Shown: piece by piece, positions 1-8,255 of the stretch | Position numbering within the stretch: position 1 is the first letter of the stretch | How the letters are laid out: each line of letters opens with the position of its first letter | Source: Nostoc punctiforme PCC 73102 | Lineage (GTDB): Bacteria > Cyanobacteriota > Cyanobacteriia > Cyanobacteriales > Nostocaceae | Reading direction: 5' to 3' | Assembly: GCF_000020025.1 (NCBI RefSeq) | Contig: NC_010628.1 | Location: 7,830,001-7,862,000, forward strand | DNA: 32,000 nt | The notes under the pieces: generated by a model | Databases searched by the model: none | The model's input: the letters and a program-made list of their open reading frames with translations, nothing else | Told to the model about the DNA's origin: nothing | Position numbers and translations under genes: made by a program

Positions 1-2
1 TT

Positions 3-776
3 CCCATTGTATTCATTCAAGCAGGTGAAATTAAAGCAACGACTAAAACCGTATCTAGAGCCATACCTAAAATTAGACAACTTTTTGAGAATAACGTCAT
101 AATCCTTCTAAATCTTGGTGATAAACCTAAAGAAGATTACACAATACTCAAAGAAGCTGGCGCAAATCAATACATTATTAAATTTGAAACGAGCAATTGG
201 AATTTACACAAACAAGCTAGAGGATACCTCTTATCCGATCGCCTCAATAGAATCGATGATCTATTAAGTTTAGGATATGAGGTGGGAAGCGGAACAATTG
301 TCGGTTTAAAAGCAGTAAATGCCAATGGGAAAATCGAAATTGAACAAACTCCAAAGATGCTGGCGAACGATCTCCTACTTGCCATGAGGAAAAAAGTTCA
401 TATGTGTAGTGCGTCTCCTTTTGTACCTGGTAAAGGTACTCCACTAGCTCAAATGAGTGCGGGCAACGCTAGTATGACTTTAAATTGGATGGCTTTAGCC
501 AGAATTATGATGCCAAAAGTTATGATACCTAGTGTAAGTGCTCTTAATGTTTTATTAGGACAAGATGGTCAGTTAAAAGGACTGCAAGCAGGGGCAAATA
601 CGATCACCGTGAATTTTACCCCTCCCAACTATCAAGACCAGTATGCTATTTACAGTAAACAAAAACGGTACAAAGTCAAATACGAATATGCTTTAGATAT
701 TATGGAAAAAGCAGGTATCGAGCCAATTTTATTGCCTAACATGCCTAGCCGGAGTTTTTTACTCTCTCAAAATTAG
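3..776 (+). CDS. Radical SAM protein of the BioB/HydE/PylB-like family. Only the C-terminal part is present because the 5' end is cut by the window edge.
   Basis: The frame of ORF 282..776 stays open back to nt 3 (PIVFIQAGEIKATTKT...). It shows the TIM-barrel C-terminal pattern typical of HydE/BioB-type enzymes (LKEAGANQYIIKFETS, GYEVGSGTIVGL, SPFVPGKGTPL, LQAGANTITVNFTP). The CxxxCxxC cluster would lie upstream of the window. Confidence 0.6.
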   Translation, partial: PIVFIQAGEIKATTKTVSRAIPKIRQLFENNVIILLNLGDKPKEDYTILKEAGANQYIIKFETSNWNLHKQARGYLLSDRLNRIDDLLSLGYEVGSGTIVGLKAVNANGKIEIEQTPKMLANDLLLAMRKKVHMCSASPFVPGKGTPLAQMSAGNASMTLNWMALARIMMPKVMIPSVSALNVLLGQDGQLKGLQAGANTITVNFTPPNYQDQYAIYSKQKRYKVKYEYALDIMEKAGIEPILLPNMPSRSFLLSQN

Positions 777-899
777 AACTTCCCACTGCTTAAAGAGGAC
801 TTACGCAACTGAGGGAGAACTGAATGCGGTGGTTCAAGTCTCCCGATCAAGCGCAGCAATTATTAGCAGCAAAATTAGCCCTGTTCTGTCACTTTTCGG

Positions 900-1208
900 A
901 TTAAGCCAGTAGTAAATAAAACCTTTTACCCAGAACAATAAAATTTTTTAAATTGATTCATTGCACTAATTAGATTATTGAATCCAAGCAATAAATTGAG
1001 CAGTGAATTAAGTTATATTTCTCTTAATAAATTAGCATTTATTTATCATCAAAAATAGCTTTTTAAATTTAAAGGCTATTGTATTTGAATGCATTTTTGA
1101 ACATTGAAATAATACAATAAATAAGATTTTTTTAATGTTCAACTATTAGCTTTTTATGCAATGATTAAATTTGTAAATTACAAAATTAAGTAATTTTAGG
1201 AAACAGCA
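900..1208. promoter_or_regulatory. Very AT-rich region upstream of the TerB-like gene, carrying two inverted repeats. Probable promoter or operator region.
   Basis: There is a 25-bp imperfect palindrome ATAGCTTTTTAAATTTAAAGGCTAT at 1055..1079. An 8-bp inverted pair TGAACATT (1098..1105) / AATGTTCA (1134..1141) follows. No ORF is present. Confidence 0.3.
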
Positions 1209-1703
1209 ATGACGACAGATATCAAAAAGCAAGAAGATTTAGGCATTTCGTGGTTGTTCCAAGAACAGTTTGGTTTTTCACAGATTCCATTAAACCAATC
1301 TTATGAAGCTTACTTTAAATCGCTGCTTGTTTGTGCTAATGGCGATGGCACATTAGCAGATGCAGAAAGAGATTGGGTGATTGGATATGCCTCTGCCTAC
1401 AACCGCGATCCTGCAATTATCGAAAAACTCAAAGTTTACAAGGCTGATGAAGATCTAGAGACACTATTTAGTGGAGATCCTTTAATTATTGAAACACGCC
1501 GTTCCCTACTCCTTGATGCAATACAAGCTTGTGCTGCTGACGGCGAATATAGCGAAAAAGAACGGGCGGTAGTACTCAAAGGAGCAAAGGCACTCAATAT
1601 TTCTGAAGACGAGTTGAAAAAGATTGAAGAAATCTATTTTGAGACAGTCAAACTCCGTGAAAAACGTCTAGCAGTCCTGTATCCCAAAGGTTTACCTTAC
1701 TAA
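1209..1703 (+). CDS. TerB-like (tellurite-resistance TerB fold) protein, 164 aa
   Basis: Two copies of the TerB-type motif are present: an acidic helix after (A/N)(D/G)DG...E (CANGDGTLADAERDWV and CAADGEYSEKERAVV). The ORF is clean. Confidence 0.6.
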   Translation: MTTDIKKQEDLGISWLFQEQFGFSQIPLNQSYEAYFKSLLVCANGDGTLADAERDWVIGYASAYNRDPAIIEKLKVYKADEDLETLFSGDPLIIETRRSLLLDAIQACAADGEYSEKERAVVLKGAKALNISEDELKKIEEIYFETVKLREKRLAVLYPKGLPY

Positions 1704-1793
1704 ATCAACTCTTATCTTACAAGAGATAAATTTAGTAAGTTGATTGTATTTCTCTCGGTTAGTAGTCCGCTCTATTAATTCTTTCGGGCTACC

Positions 1794-1841
1794 ATATCCC
1801 CGACTTCTTCAAGAATTCGGGGATATAACCGCCTTTTTTTT
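1794..1841 (+). terminator. Near-perfect 33-bp palindrome followed by a T8 run. It belongs to the dispersed CCCCGACTTCTT..AAGAA.TCGGGG hairpin family and is a possible terminator of the TerB-like gene.
   Basis: ATATCCCCGA (1794..1803) pairs with TCGGGGATAT (1817..1826). Inner TTCTT/AAGAA also pair. The T-run is at 1834..1841. Confidence 0.45.
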
Positions 1842-2053
1842 GATACTTCTACCCAAAACGATGAATATAGTAATTATCCTGGGTGAAATCATATTTTTAA
1901 TAGTCATTTTCTCGCTATTTAACTGACTCATTGGCATAATCTTCAAGCAGGTCACTAAAGTTTCTTGACTGCAAGGAAAAACTGCAATTATCAGCTTCCT
2001 GCACCGGAATATCAGCAGATTGTTAATTAATCTCCCTGTTAAAAATGCAGCAT

Positions 2054-2090
2054 AGCCAATACTTCGCAAAGAAGTTGTGAAGTATTGGCT
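2054..2090. other. Strong isolated hairpin with a 12-bp perfect stem and 13-nt loop, in the leader region of the kinase gene
   Basis: AGCCAATACTTC (2054..2065) is the exact reverse complement of GAAGTATTGGCT (2079..2090). Confidence 0.5.
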
Positions 2091-2201
2091 TTAATAAAAA
2101 ATTATCTTTTTTTACGCAAAAATACTTAAAAAATTAAACTTGTATTTAAGGTATCAAAACTCTCTTGATTTATTTCTAAAGCATTCCGGAAACAGGAGGG
2201 A

Positions 2202-4016
2202 ATGCCAGAAAAACTAAATAATAAGGACTTACTGAGTAACCAGGTCATGACCAAGCACATAATCGGTAAATTACTACAAGGGCGTTACCAAATTGTCCAA
2301 AGCCTTGGTGCAGGGGTATTTGGACAAACATACATAGCTGTAGACGTAGATTTTCCCCAGAATCCTAAATGTGTTATTAAGCAGATAAAAGTTAGCAGTT
2401 CCGAACCTGGCTACTTGGAGATGCTGAGGTTAATGTTTCTAACTGAAACTGAAACCCTCAAGCTTCTGGGAAGCCATCAACAAATTCCTGAATTTATCGC
2501 CTGCTTTGAAGAAAACAGCCAGTTTTATTTAGTACAAGAGCTAATTGAAGGACATGCGCTGACTGCGGAATTGCCCATTGCTCAACAGTGGGGGTGTCTG
2601 TGGAATGAAAGGGAAGTTGTACAATTCCTGATAGATGTTTTAAGTATTCTAGAATTTGTTCACTCTCAAGGCGTGATCCATTGTGACATCAAACCAGAAA
2701 ACTTAATTAGACGTAATAGCGATGGCAAGTTAGTTTTGATTGACTTTGGCTCAATCCAGTCTATCGATTTTGGCATAGGTGCGGAATTGCCGATTTATAG
2801 GATTCCCGTCACCTCATTGGGATATATACCACCAGAGCAATTTATTGGTCAAACACAGCCCAACAGCGATATTTATGCTTTGGGGATGATTGCTATCCAG
2901 GCTTTAACTGGGTTAGAACCACTACAATTAAAAGTTGATCCTCATACTAATGAAATTTTTTGGCGTTCTCAAAACACGCCAGTTAACGATTATCTAGCTG
3001 CTGTTCTCAGCCAAATGATCCGTTACGATTCTCAAAATCGCTTCCAGTCAGCGACTGAGGTACTGCGGGTACTCAAACAAATAACATGGGATCAGCCACC
3101 AGAAATATTACAGGAAGATTCTGAATTTTTTCTAGAAGAAGTTGCGATTGAGGATAATGATTTTCAAAATCCTACATCTGACACATCATCCCCGTTATTG
3201 ACAGGAATGAAAGTCGGGCTAGCAGCTAATTCTTTATTGATGGGATTTGGTGTATATTCTTTAGTTAATACTGCACCTGCATACTCAGAAACAGATACTT
3301 TATATCAAGCAACAAAAGAATATCAAGCTGGGGATTTGCAAGAAGCGATCGCACTTGCTAAATCAATTCCCTCCCACAGCAATGTTTATCCAGAAGCCCA
3401 AGCCACAATTGAAGAATGGCAAGAGCAATGGCAAGTTGCTGCACAACAATACCAAATAGCTCAAATAGCTTTTCATGAGAGCCGATGGTCAGATGTTCTT
3501 GATGCTGTTTCTCAAATTCCAAATATTTCATATTGGCAATCTAAAACAGATAAACTAGTTCAGCAAGCATACGTTAACATCGAAGCACAGACACAAGATT
3601 TATTAGCAAAAGCTTACGAAAGTGCCGAGATTAGAGATTTTTCTACTGCATTACAATATCTGCGGGAAATTCCTAAAGAAAGTCGTGCGGGGGCTTTAGT
3701 TCAAGAAAAGCTGGCTGAGTACAATCGAAAGCGCCAAATCAGAGCAGCTTACTTTTTACAGAACGCTTACAAAAAAGCATCTATTGGTGATTTTGATCGG
3801 GCTGTAAAATTTCTCCGAAATATTCCCCAAGATGCTCTAGTTTATGCTCAAGCTCAAGTTAAATTGAATGAGTATACTCAAAAACAACACGTGCAGGCTG
3901 ACAATCAAAAGATAGCTTATACAAAAAGGACAAATTCATTTGTCTCTAAAAACTCAGACACTAAGATTGAATATCTTCAGCAAGTGAATTATTTGCAAGA
4001 AGTGAATATTCGATAG
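2202..4016 (+). CDS. Hanks-type Ser/Thr protein kinase (non-RD) with one TM segment and a C-terminal repeat domain, 604 aa
   Basis: Motifs seen: G-loop GAGVFGQ, VIK lysine (CVIKQI), catalytic loop HCDIKPEN, DFG (LIDFGSI) and GYIPPEQ. A TM segment reads VGLAANSLLMGFGVYSLV. Four ~40-aa repeats follow, each of the form A..(D/R)(L/F/W)..A......IP......(Y/A/W)..(A/S)......(W/Q/Y). The true start may instead be the ATG at 2247 (MTKHIIGKLLQGRYQI). Confidence 0.9.
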   Translation: MPEKLNNKDLLSNQVMTKHIIGKLLQGRYQIVQSLGAGVFGQTYIAVDVDFPQNPKCVIKQIKVSSSEPGYLEMLRLMFLTETETLKLLGSHQQIPEFIACFEENSQFYLVQELIEGHALTAELPIAQQWGCLWNEREVVQFLIDVLSILEFVHSQGVIHCDIKPENLIRRNSDGKLVLIDFGSIQSIDFGIGAELPIYRIPVTSLGYIPPEQFIGQTQPNSDIYALGMIAIQALTGLEPLQLKVDPHTNEIFWRSQNTPVNDYLAAVLSQMIRYDSQNRFQSATEVLRVLKQITWDQPPEILQEDSEFFLEEVAIEDNDFQNPTSDTSSPLLTGMKVGLAANSLLMGFGVYSLVNTAPAYSETDTLYQATKEYQAGDLQEAIALAKSIPSHSNVYPEAQATIEEWQEQWQVAAQQYQIAQIAFHESRWSDVLDAVSQIPNISYWQSKTDKLVQQAYVNIEAQTQDLLAKAYESAEIRDFSTALQYLREIPKESRAGALVQEKLAEYNRKRQIRAAYFLQNAYKKASIGDFDRAVKFLRNIPQDALVYAQAQVKLNEYTQKQHVQADNQKIAYTKRTNSFVSKNSDTKIEYLQQVNYLQEVNIR

Positions 4017-4203
4017 TTACAGCAATTTTTAAATAAATGTACTTGTTACATAGAGCAAGTTTAAGTAGAGATGCGAAAATGTACTGGGCTGGCTTCGAAT
4101 GCCCCGCCACGCTAACGCGTCTCTACAGGTCTGAAATCCTTAACTGAACCGTATTGGTACACAAAGAGGTGATGGTTACTTTTATTTAGTTTATAATTCT
4201 CAT

Positions 4204-5499
4204 TTATCGAATGGGTAGTTCAATGATAAACTCTATACCTTCACCTAGCTTAGAATCGTATGTGAGCTTACCATGATGGTTATTAACCACAATTTGGTAA
4301 GCAATAGATAGACCAAGCCCTGTTCCTTTCCCGACGGGTTTTGTTGTGTAAAAAGCATCAAATATTTTTGTTTGATCTGCATTGCTTATACCTGGGCCAT
4401 TGTCAGCAACTCTTAAAATAACATGCTCTCCAATTGCCTCAGTTCTAATTTTAATTATCCCAGGATTTTGATAAATTGTATCAATATCTTTATTTTTATT
4501 TGCTTCTTCAATTGCATCGATTGCATTACAAATTAAGTTCATAAAAACTTGATTAATCTCGCCGGGAAAACACTCAATAAGTGGCAAAGTTCCATATTCT
4601 TTAACTAATTTTATAGCTGGATGATGAGCATTTCGCTTAAACCGATGTCCAAGAATGAGTAATGTGCTTTCTAACCCTTCATGCAAGTTAGCTAGTTTTT
4701 TACCAGCTTCTCTGTGACGGGAGAAGTTATTTAAATATGACACAATTTCTGTAACGCGATCTGTACCAAGTTGCATGGATTGAATAATTTTAGATAAATC
4801 ATCTAACAAAAAGTCAAGATCGCTTTTTTTAATTGCGGTTTGAAGTTCATCTGGTGGATCGGGCAGATATTTTTGATAGAGATGTAATAAACTAACTACC
4901 TCTTGTACATACTTTTCAACAAAATTTAAGTTGCCAGCTATAAAATTGATAGGATTATTAACTTCATGAGCAATTCCTGCTGTTAGTTGACCCAAAGCTG
5001 CTACCTTTTCTGCTTGAATCAGTTGAGTTTGAGTCTGTTGTAATTCGGCATTTTTCGCTATCAAGGTTTTTGTCAAATTTCTCAGTTTGAGGTGATTTTC
5101 AATCCGCACTAAGACTTCTTCGTGCTGAAAAGGTTTAGTAATATAGTCTACGGCTCCCAATTGCAAACCTTTGACTTTATCAGCCGTTTCTGAAAGGGCT
5201 GTCATAAAAATTACTGGAATATCTTGGACACGAGGATTGCTTTTTAGCTGTTTACAGGTTTCAAAACCATCTATACCCGGCATCATTACATCCAGCAAGA
5301 TTAAATCAGGTAAATCATCATTTTCTAATCGCTGAAGGGCTTTCTCTCCACTGCGGGCTGCCCAAACTTCAAAGCTAGACTGATCCAGAAAGCTGGATAA
5401 AACTTGTAAATTGGCAGGGTTATCGTCAACAACTAAAACAATTCCCCTAGAAGGAGCATAATTGATAGAATTATTTTGGTTTTCAATAATAGTTTTCAT
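4204..5499 (-). CDS. Receiver-histidine kinase (N-terminal REC, then HisKA-like H-box and HATPase), 431 aa
   Basis: REC motifs: VLVVDDNP, LLDVMMPGIDG, ITKP. H-box: GIAHEVNNPINF. N-box: NLICNAIDA. G1: DNGPGI. G2: GTGLGL. Its ATG overlaps the stop of the upstream kinase gene (ATGA at 5496..5499). Confidence 0.9.
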   Translation of the reverse strand: MKTIIENQNNSINYAPSRGIVLVVDDNPANLQVLSSFLDQSSFEVWAARSGEKALQRLENDDLPDLILLDVMMPGIDGFETCKQLKSNPRVQDIPVIFMTALSETADKVKGLQLGAVDYITKPFQHEEVLVRIENHLKLRNLTKTLIAKNAELQQTQTQLIQAEKVAALGQLTAGIAHEVNNPINFIAGNLNFVEKYVQEVVSLLHLYQKYLPDPPDELQTAIKKSDLDFLLDDLSKIIQSMQLGTDRVTEIVSYLNNFSRHREAGKKLANLHEGLESTLLILGHRFKRNAHHPAIKLVKEYGTLPLIECFPGEINQVFMNLICNAIDAIEEANKNKDIDTIYQNPGIIKIRTEAIGEHVILRVADNGPGISNADQTKIFDAFYTTKPVGKGTGLGLSIAYQIVVNNHHGKLTYDSKLGEGIEFIIELPIR

Positions 5500-7919
5500 A
5501 CTGTTTCTACCGCATATTTAGTCAAAAAATTTATAATTAAATCTTCATCAAATTGCCTTGCTAATTGCCGTAGTTCGTTAGCAAATGGTGCAAAAGTTGT
5601 ATCTGTTTCTTCCAGTTGATCGGCCCACTTGATAATGCCATTAAAGTTACCTCTACTGGCTAAAATGACTAGTTCTTGCAACACCTGAGGGGAAGGAAGG
5701 ATTAATTGAGCAGTTGCTGTCGTTCCATCTTTGGCTTTTTCTCCATCAGGCTGAGATTGCTTGTAAATCCATACCAAATTTAAGTATTGTTCTAGTTGAT
5801 GCAATAATTCATCTACTTGTATGGGTTTGCTCAAAAAGGCGTTACCTCCAGCTTGCAGACTGCGATTTCGGTCGGCTTCAAAGACACTAGCGGAAGAAAC
5901 GATAATCAATACATCCTGAATTTCTGGAGTGTGACGCAGGTGTTTAATTAATTCAAACCCATCCATTTCTGGCATCAGCAAATCTGTAACGATTAAGTTT
6001 GGTTTGAGGGCGATCGCTTTTTCTAAACCTTCTTTACCGTTGCTGGCTTCAACCACATTAAAACCCAGTGGTTGCAGTAAGTTTGTAATCACTGTGCGAT
6101 TCTCCCAGCGATCGTCAACCATTAGGATAGTGTAGGGACCACCCTCAAAGCCAATGATTTGTTTCTCTGAGGTAGCGATCGCAGATTGTACCCAGTCAGT
6201 CGCTTCGGGTATCTCTAACTCAAACAAAAAGCTACTTCCCTGACCAATCTGACTATGAACATGGATATCGCTACCCATCATCTGTACTAACTGCCGAGTA
6301 ATAGCTAAACCCAGCCCTGTACCTTCAGCTTGGCGCTTTTTCTCACCTACTTGTTCAAATGGCAAGAAAATCTGGCTCAATTCTACGGGAGTTATACCAA
6401 TTCCTGTGTCTTCTACAGTAAAGCGAAGGCGATGTTTTATTATCTGCACATCATTGGGAGCTCGATCGATGACTTCAATATTGAAAGTAACCTGACCTTC
6501 ATCTGTAAATTTGATGGCATTTCCCAGCAGATTCAATAGTACCTGACGTAATCTTTTGACATCGACATGAATCCCTGTAGGCAAATTTATCCCAGGTTTA
6601 TAGACAAACAAAATGCCCTTTTGTTTTGCCCGAATGTGGCATATTTCGACAATTCCTTGGAGAAATGAGGGGAAATGCACATCATCTGGATAAAGTTCTA
6701 GCTTTTTCGCTTCAATTTTGGAGAGATCTAAAATGTCATTAATTAAAGTCAGCAGATGAGAGCCACATTGTTCAATAATATTGACGTGATATAGCTCTTG
6801 CTTAGGTAAAGCTGGGGAACGCAGCAAAATTTGGGCACAACCGAGAATGCCATTTAAAGGTGTTCGCAGTTCATGACTCATGTTAGCTAAAAATTCGCTT
6901 TTAGCATGGTTGGCTGTATCAGCCGCAGCTTTAGATTTTTTCAGTTCACGTTGTTCAAATGCTTGGACTTGCCACAAGACAGTAATCATGGTGAGTGTCA
7001 GTCCACCGACAATTAAGGCAATCAAATCGAGGAATTGCAATCGAGATTCAATATTTTGGCGGGGAATCACCAAAGCTACAGACCAATTAGCAGCTTGCAA
7101 CGGCAGATAAGCTACATACTGTTTAGTGCCGTCAATTTCCATTAACTCAATTCCCTGTTGTTTGTTTACCATCCTCTGAGCGATCGCATTTAAATTGCGA
7201 TCGCCAATTTTCAGCAGGCTGGGTGCAGGTTTTTCTACGGTTGACATTAACGCCGAGTTTGGATGGACAATCGCTTGTCCTTGAGAATTGAGAGCAAAAG
7301 CATAGCTGCTTGTGCCGTAGTGCAGGGAGTTAACAACCTCTGCAATGCGATCGACTCTCACATTGCCCTGGAAAGCCCCTATCGGTGTACTGCTAGTAGA
7401 ATTTGACCGAATCGGGGTGGAGATGGCAATTAAAGGAATTCCTGTAGAACGGCTAATAAAGGGATCGGAAATATCGCTCTTTCCCGCAATTGCTTTTTGA
7501 AAGTAGTCTCGATCCTGAATATTTTTATTTGATCGACCGACTTTTGTATTGGAATATGAACCATCTGGGGTAGCTATTTGGAAAAAGAAAAATTCATTAA
7601 TCCGCTTGACTTCCGCCTTTAAATATAGTTCTGCCACAGACCAGTTTAAGGAGCGTACAGTTGAAGTATTCGCCAGGGTTTCTACCTCCACTTGGCGAAC
7701 ATGTAACCACTCTTCAATTTCACTATCCCCTCTCTGTACCTCTAAAAAAGCGCTATGTCTCAAATCTTTGAGCATCAAATTTCTAGTGGCTTGATAGCTG
7801 AAATAGGCAGAAATACTGAATATAAGGGTAGTACCGCCAAGAATAAATCGAATTAGTAAATTTCGTGAAAGATGATTTTCTTTATTAGTTGCTGATAGGC
7901 TGGAGTTTGCTTGTATCAA
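5496..7919 (-). CDS. Hybrid sensor histidine kinase (TM, Cache-like periplasmic domain, TM, HisKA, HATPase, REC, ~100-aa C-terminal extension), 807 aa
   Basis: Motifs seen: H-box MSHELRTPLNG, NLLGNAIKFT, EDTGIGI and GTGLGLAI. REC motifs are ILMVDDRWEN, DLLMPEMDG and LSKP. Two hydrophobic segments flank a ~270-aa extracytoplasmic domain. Confidence 0.9.
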   Translation of the reverse strand: MIQANSSLSATNKENHLSRNLLIRFILGGTTLIFSISAYFSYQATRNLMLKDLRHSAFLEVQRGDSEIEEWLHVRQVEVETLANTSTVRSLNWSVAELYLKAEVKRINEFFFFQIATPDGSYSNTKVGRSNKNIQDRDYFQKAIAGKSDISDPFISRSTGIPLIAISTPIRSNSTSSTPIGAFQGNVRVDRIAEVVNSLHYGTSSYAFALNSQGQAIVHPNSALMSTVEKPAPSLLKIGDRNLNAIAQRMVNKQQGIELMEIDGTKQYVAYLPLQAANWSVALVIPRQNIESRLQFLDLIALIVGGLTLTMITVLWQVQAFEQRELKKSKAAADTANHAKSEFLANMSHELRTPLNGILGCAQILLRSPALPKQELYHVNIIEQCGSHLLTLINDILDLSKIEAKKLELYPDDVHFPSFLQGIVEICHIRAKQKGILFVYKPGINLPTGIHVDVKRLRQVLLNLLGNAIKFTDEGQVTFNIEVIDRAPNDVQIIKHRLRFTVEDTGIGITPVELSQIFLPFEQVGEKKRQAEGTGLGLAITRQLVQMMGSDIHVHSQIGQGSSFLFELEIPEATDWVQSAIATSEKQIIGFEGGPYTILMVDDRWENRTVITNLLQPLGFNVVEASNGKEGLEKAIALKPNLIVTDLLMPEMDGFELIKHLRHTPEIQDVLIIVSSASVFEADRNRSLQAGGNAFLSKPIQVDELLHQLEQYLNLVWIYKQSQPDGEKAKDGTTATAQLILPSPQVLQELVILASRGNFNGIIKWADQLEETDTTFAPFANELRQLARQFDEDLIINFLTKYAVETV

Positions 7920-8128
7920 GGGTTAGCTCCTTAATCGCATAGTTCGGTAAGAAGAAATTCTCGGTTATCTTTAGATTGCCCAAGAAGTTACCGATGCTCA
8001 CAGCTTTTGGTAAAATAAACAATAAATTTATAGTAATGCTACGAATTATAAGTTGCGATCTCAAAATATTCTTTAAAATCAACTAAAATTCCAATTATTG
8101 GCTATAAAACGTGTTATTAACAATTCAT

Positions 8129-8146
8129 AATTCGTAATTACGAATT
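8129..8146. repeat. Perfect 18-bp palindrome AATTCGTAATTACGAATT, an inverted pair of the AATTCGT heptamer
   Basis: Read directly from the sequence. It lies in the 336-bp gap between the TPR kinase stop and the hybrid kinase start. It is followed by CTGTAC-GA-GTACAG. Confidence 0.7.
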
Positions 8147-8255
8147 GTTACTGTACGAGTACAGCACCGCATAAATAAACCATCTATTCCAAATCAACGA
8201 AACGCTTACGCTGTATTCATGTTTAATTTTTAATTCTTAATTCTGCCTTGCAGTG

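Noticed and set aside
813-845. tRNA-like T-arm string GGTTCAAGTCTCCC, considered as a possible tRNA fragment or att site
   Set aside because: No cloverleaf can be built. The GGGAG partner is 26 nt away, and there is no acceptor or anticodon arm. It lies inside a GGACTTACGCAACTG-type dispersed repeat context.
1744-2069. ORFs of 60 aa (+) and 86 aa (-) in the TerB-kinase spacer
   Set aside because: They overlap each other on opposite strands and run through the palindromic repeat (PRLLQEFGD). They show no domain-like features.
2185-2190. TCCGGA, the heterocyst DIF-type promoter hexamer, upstream of the kinase gene
   Set aside because: It lies only about 12 nt before the annotated ATG, so it cannot be a -35 element for this gene unless the start is at 2247. 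A single hexamer occurrence is not significant.
6330-7794. Short antisense ORFs inside the large kinase genes. The same applies to 8253..8596, 12844..13144, 13361..13564, 15387..15569, 18792..21240, 23095..23598, 26125..26310, 26722..27266, 28483..29715 and 30343..30898.
   Set aside because: All are nested within or antisense to long, motif-rich CDSs and have no features of their own. They are typical shadow ORFs.
7920-8255. NtcA-type GTA-N8-TAC sites in this and the other intergenic regions
   Set aside because: Only near-misses were found by eye, for example TGTA-N4-TACA at 8152..8163 and GTA-N8-CAC near 14563. None has correct spacing and both half-sites.
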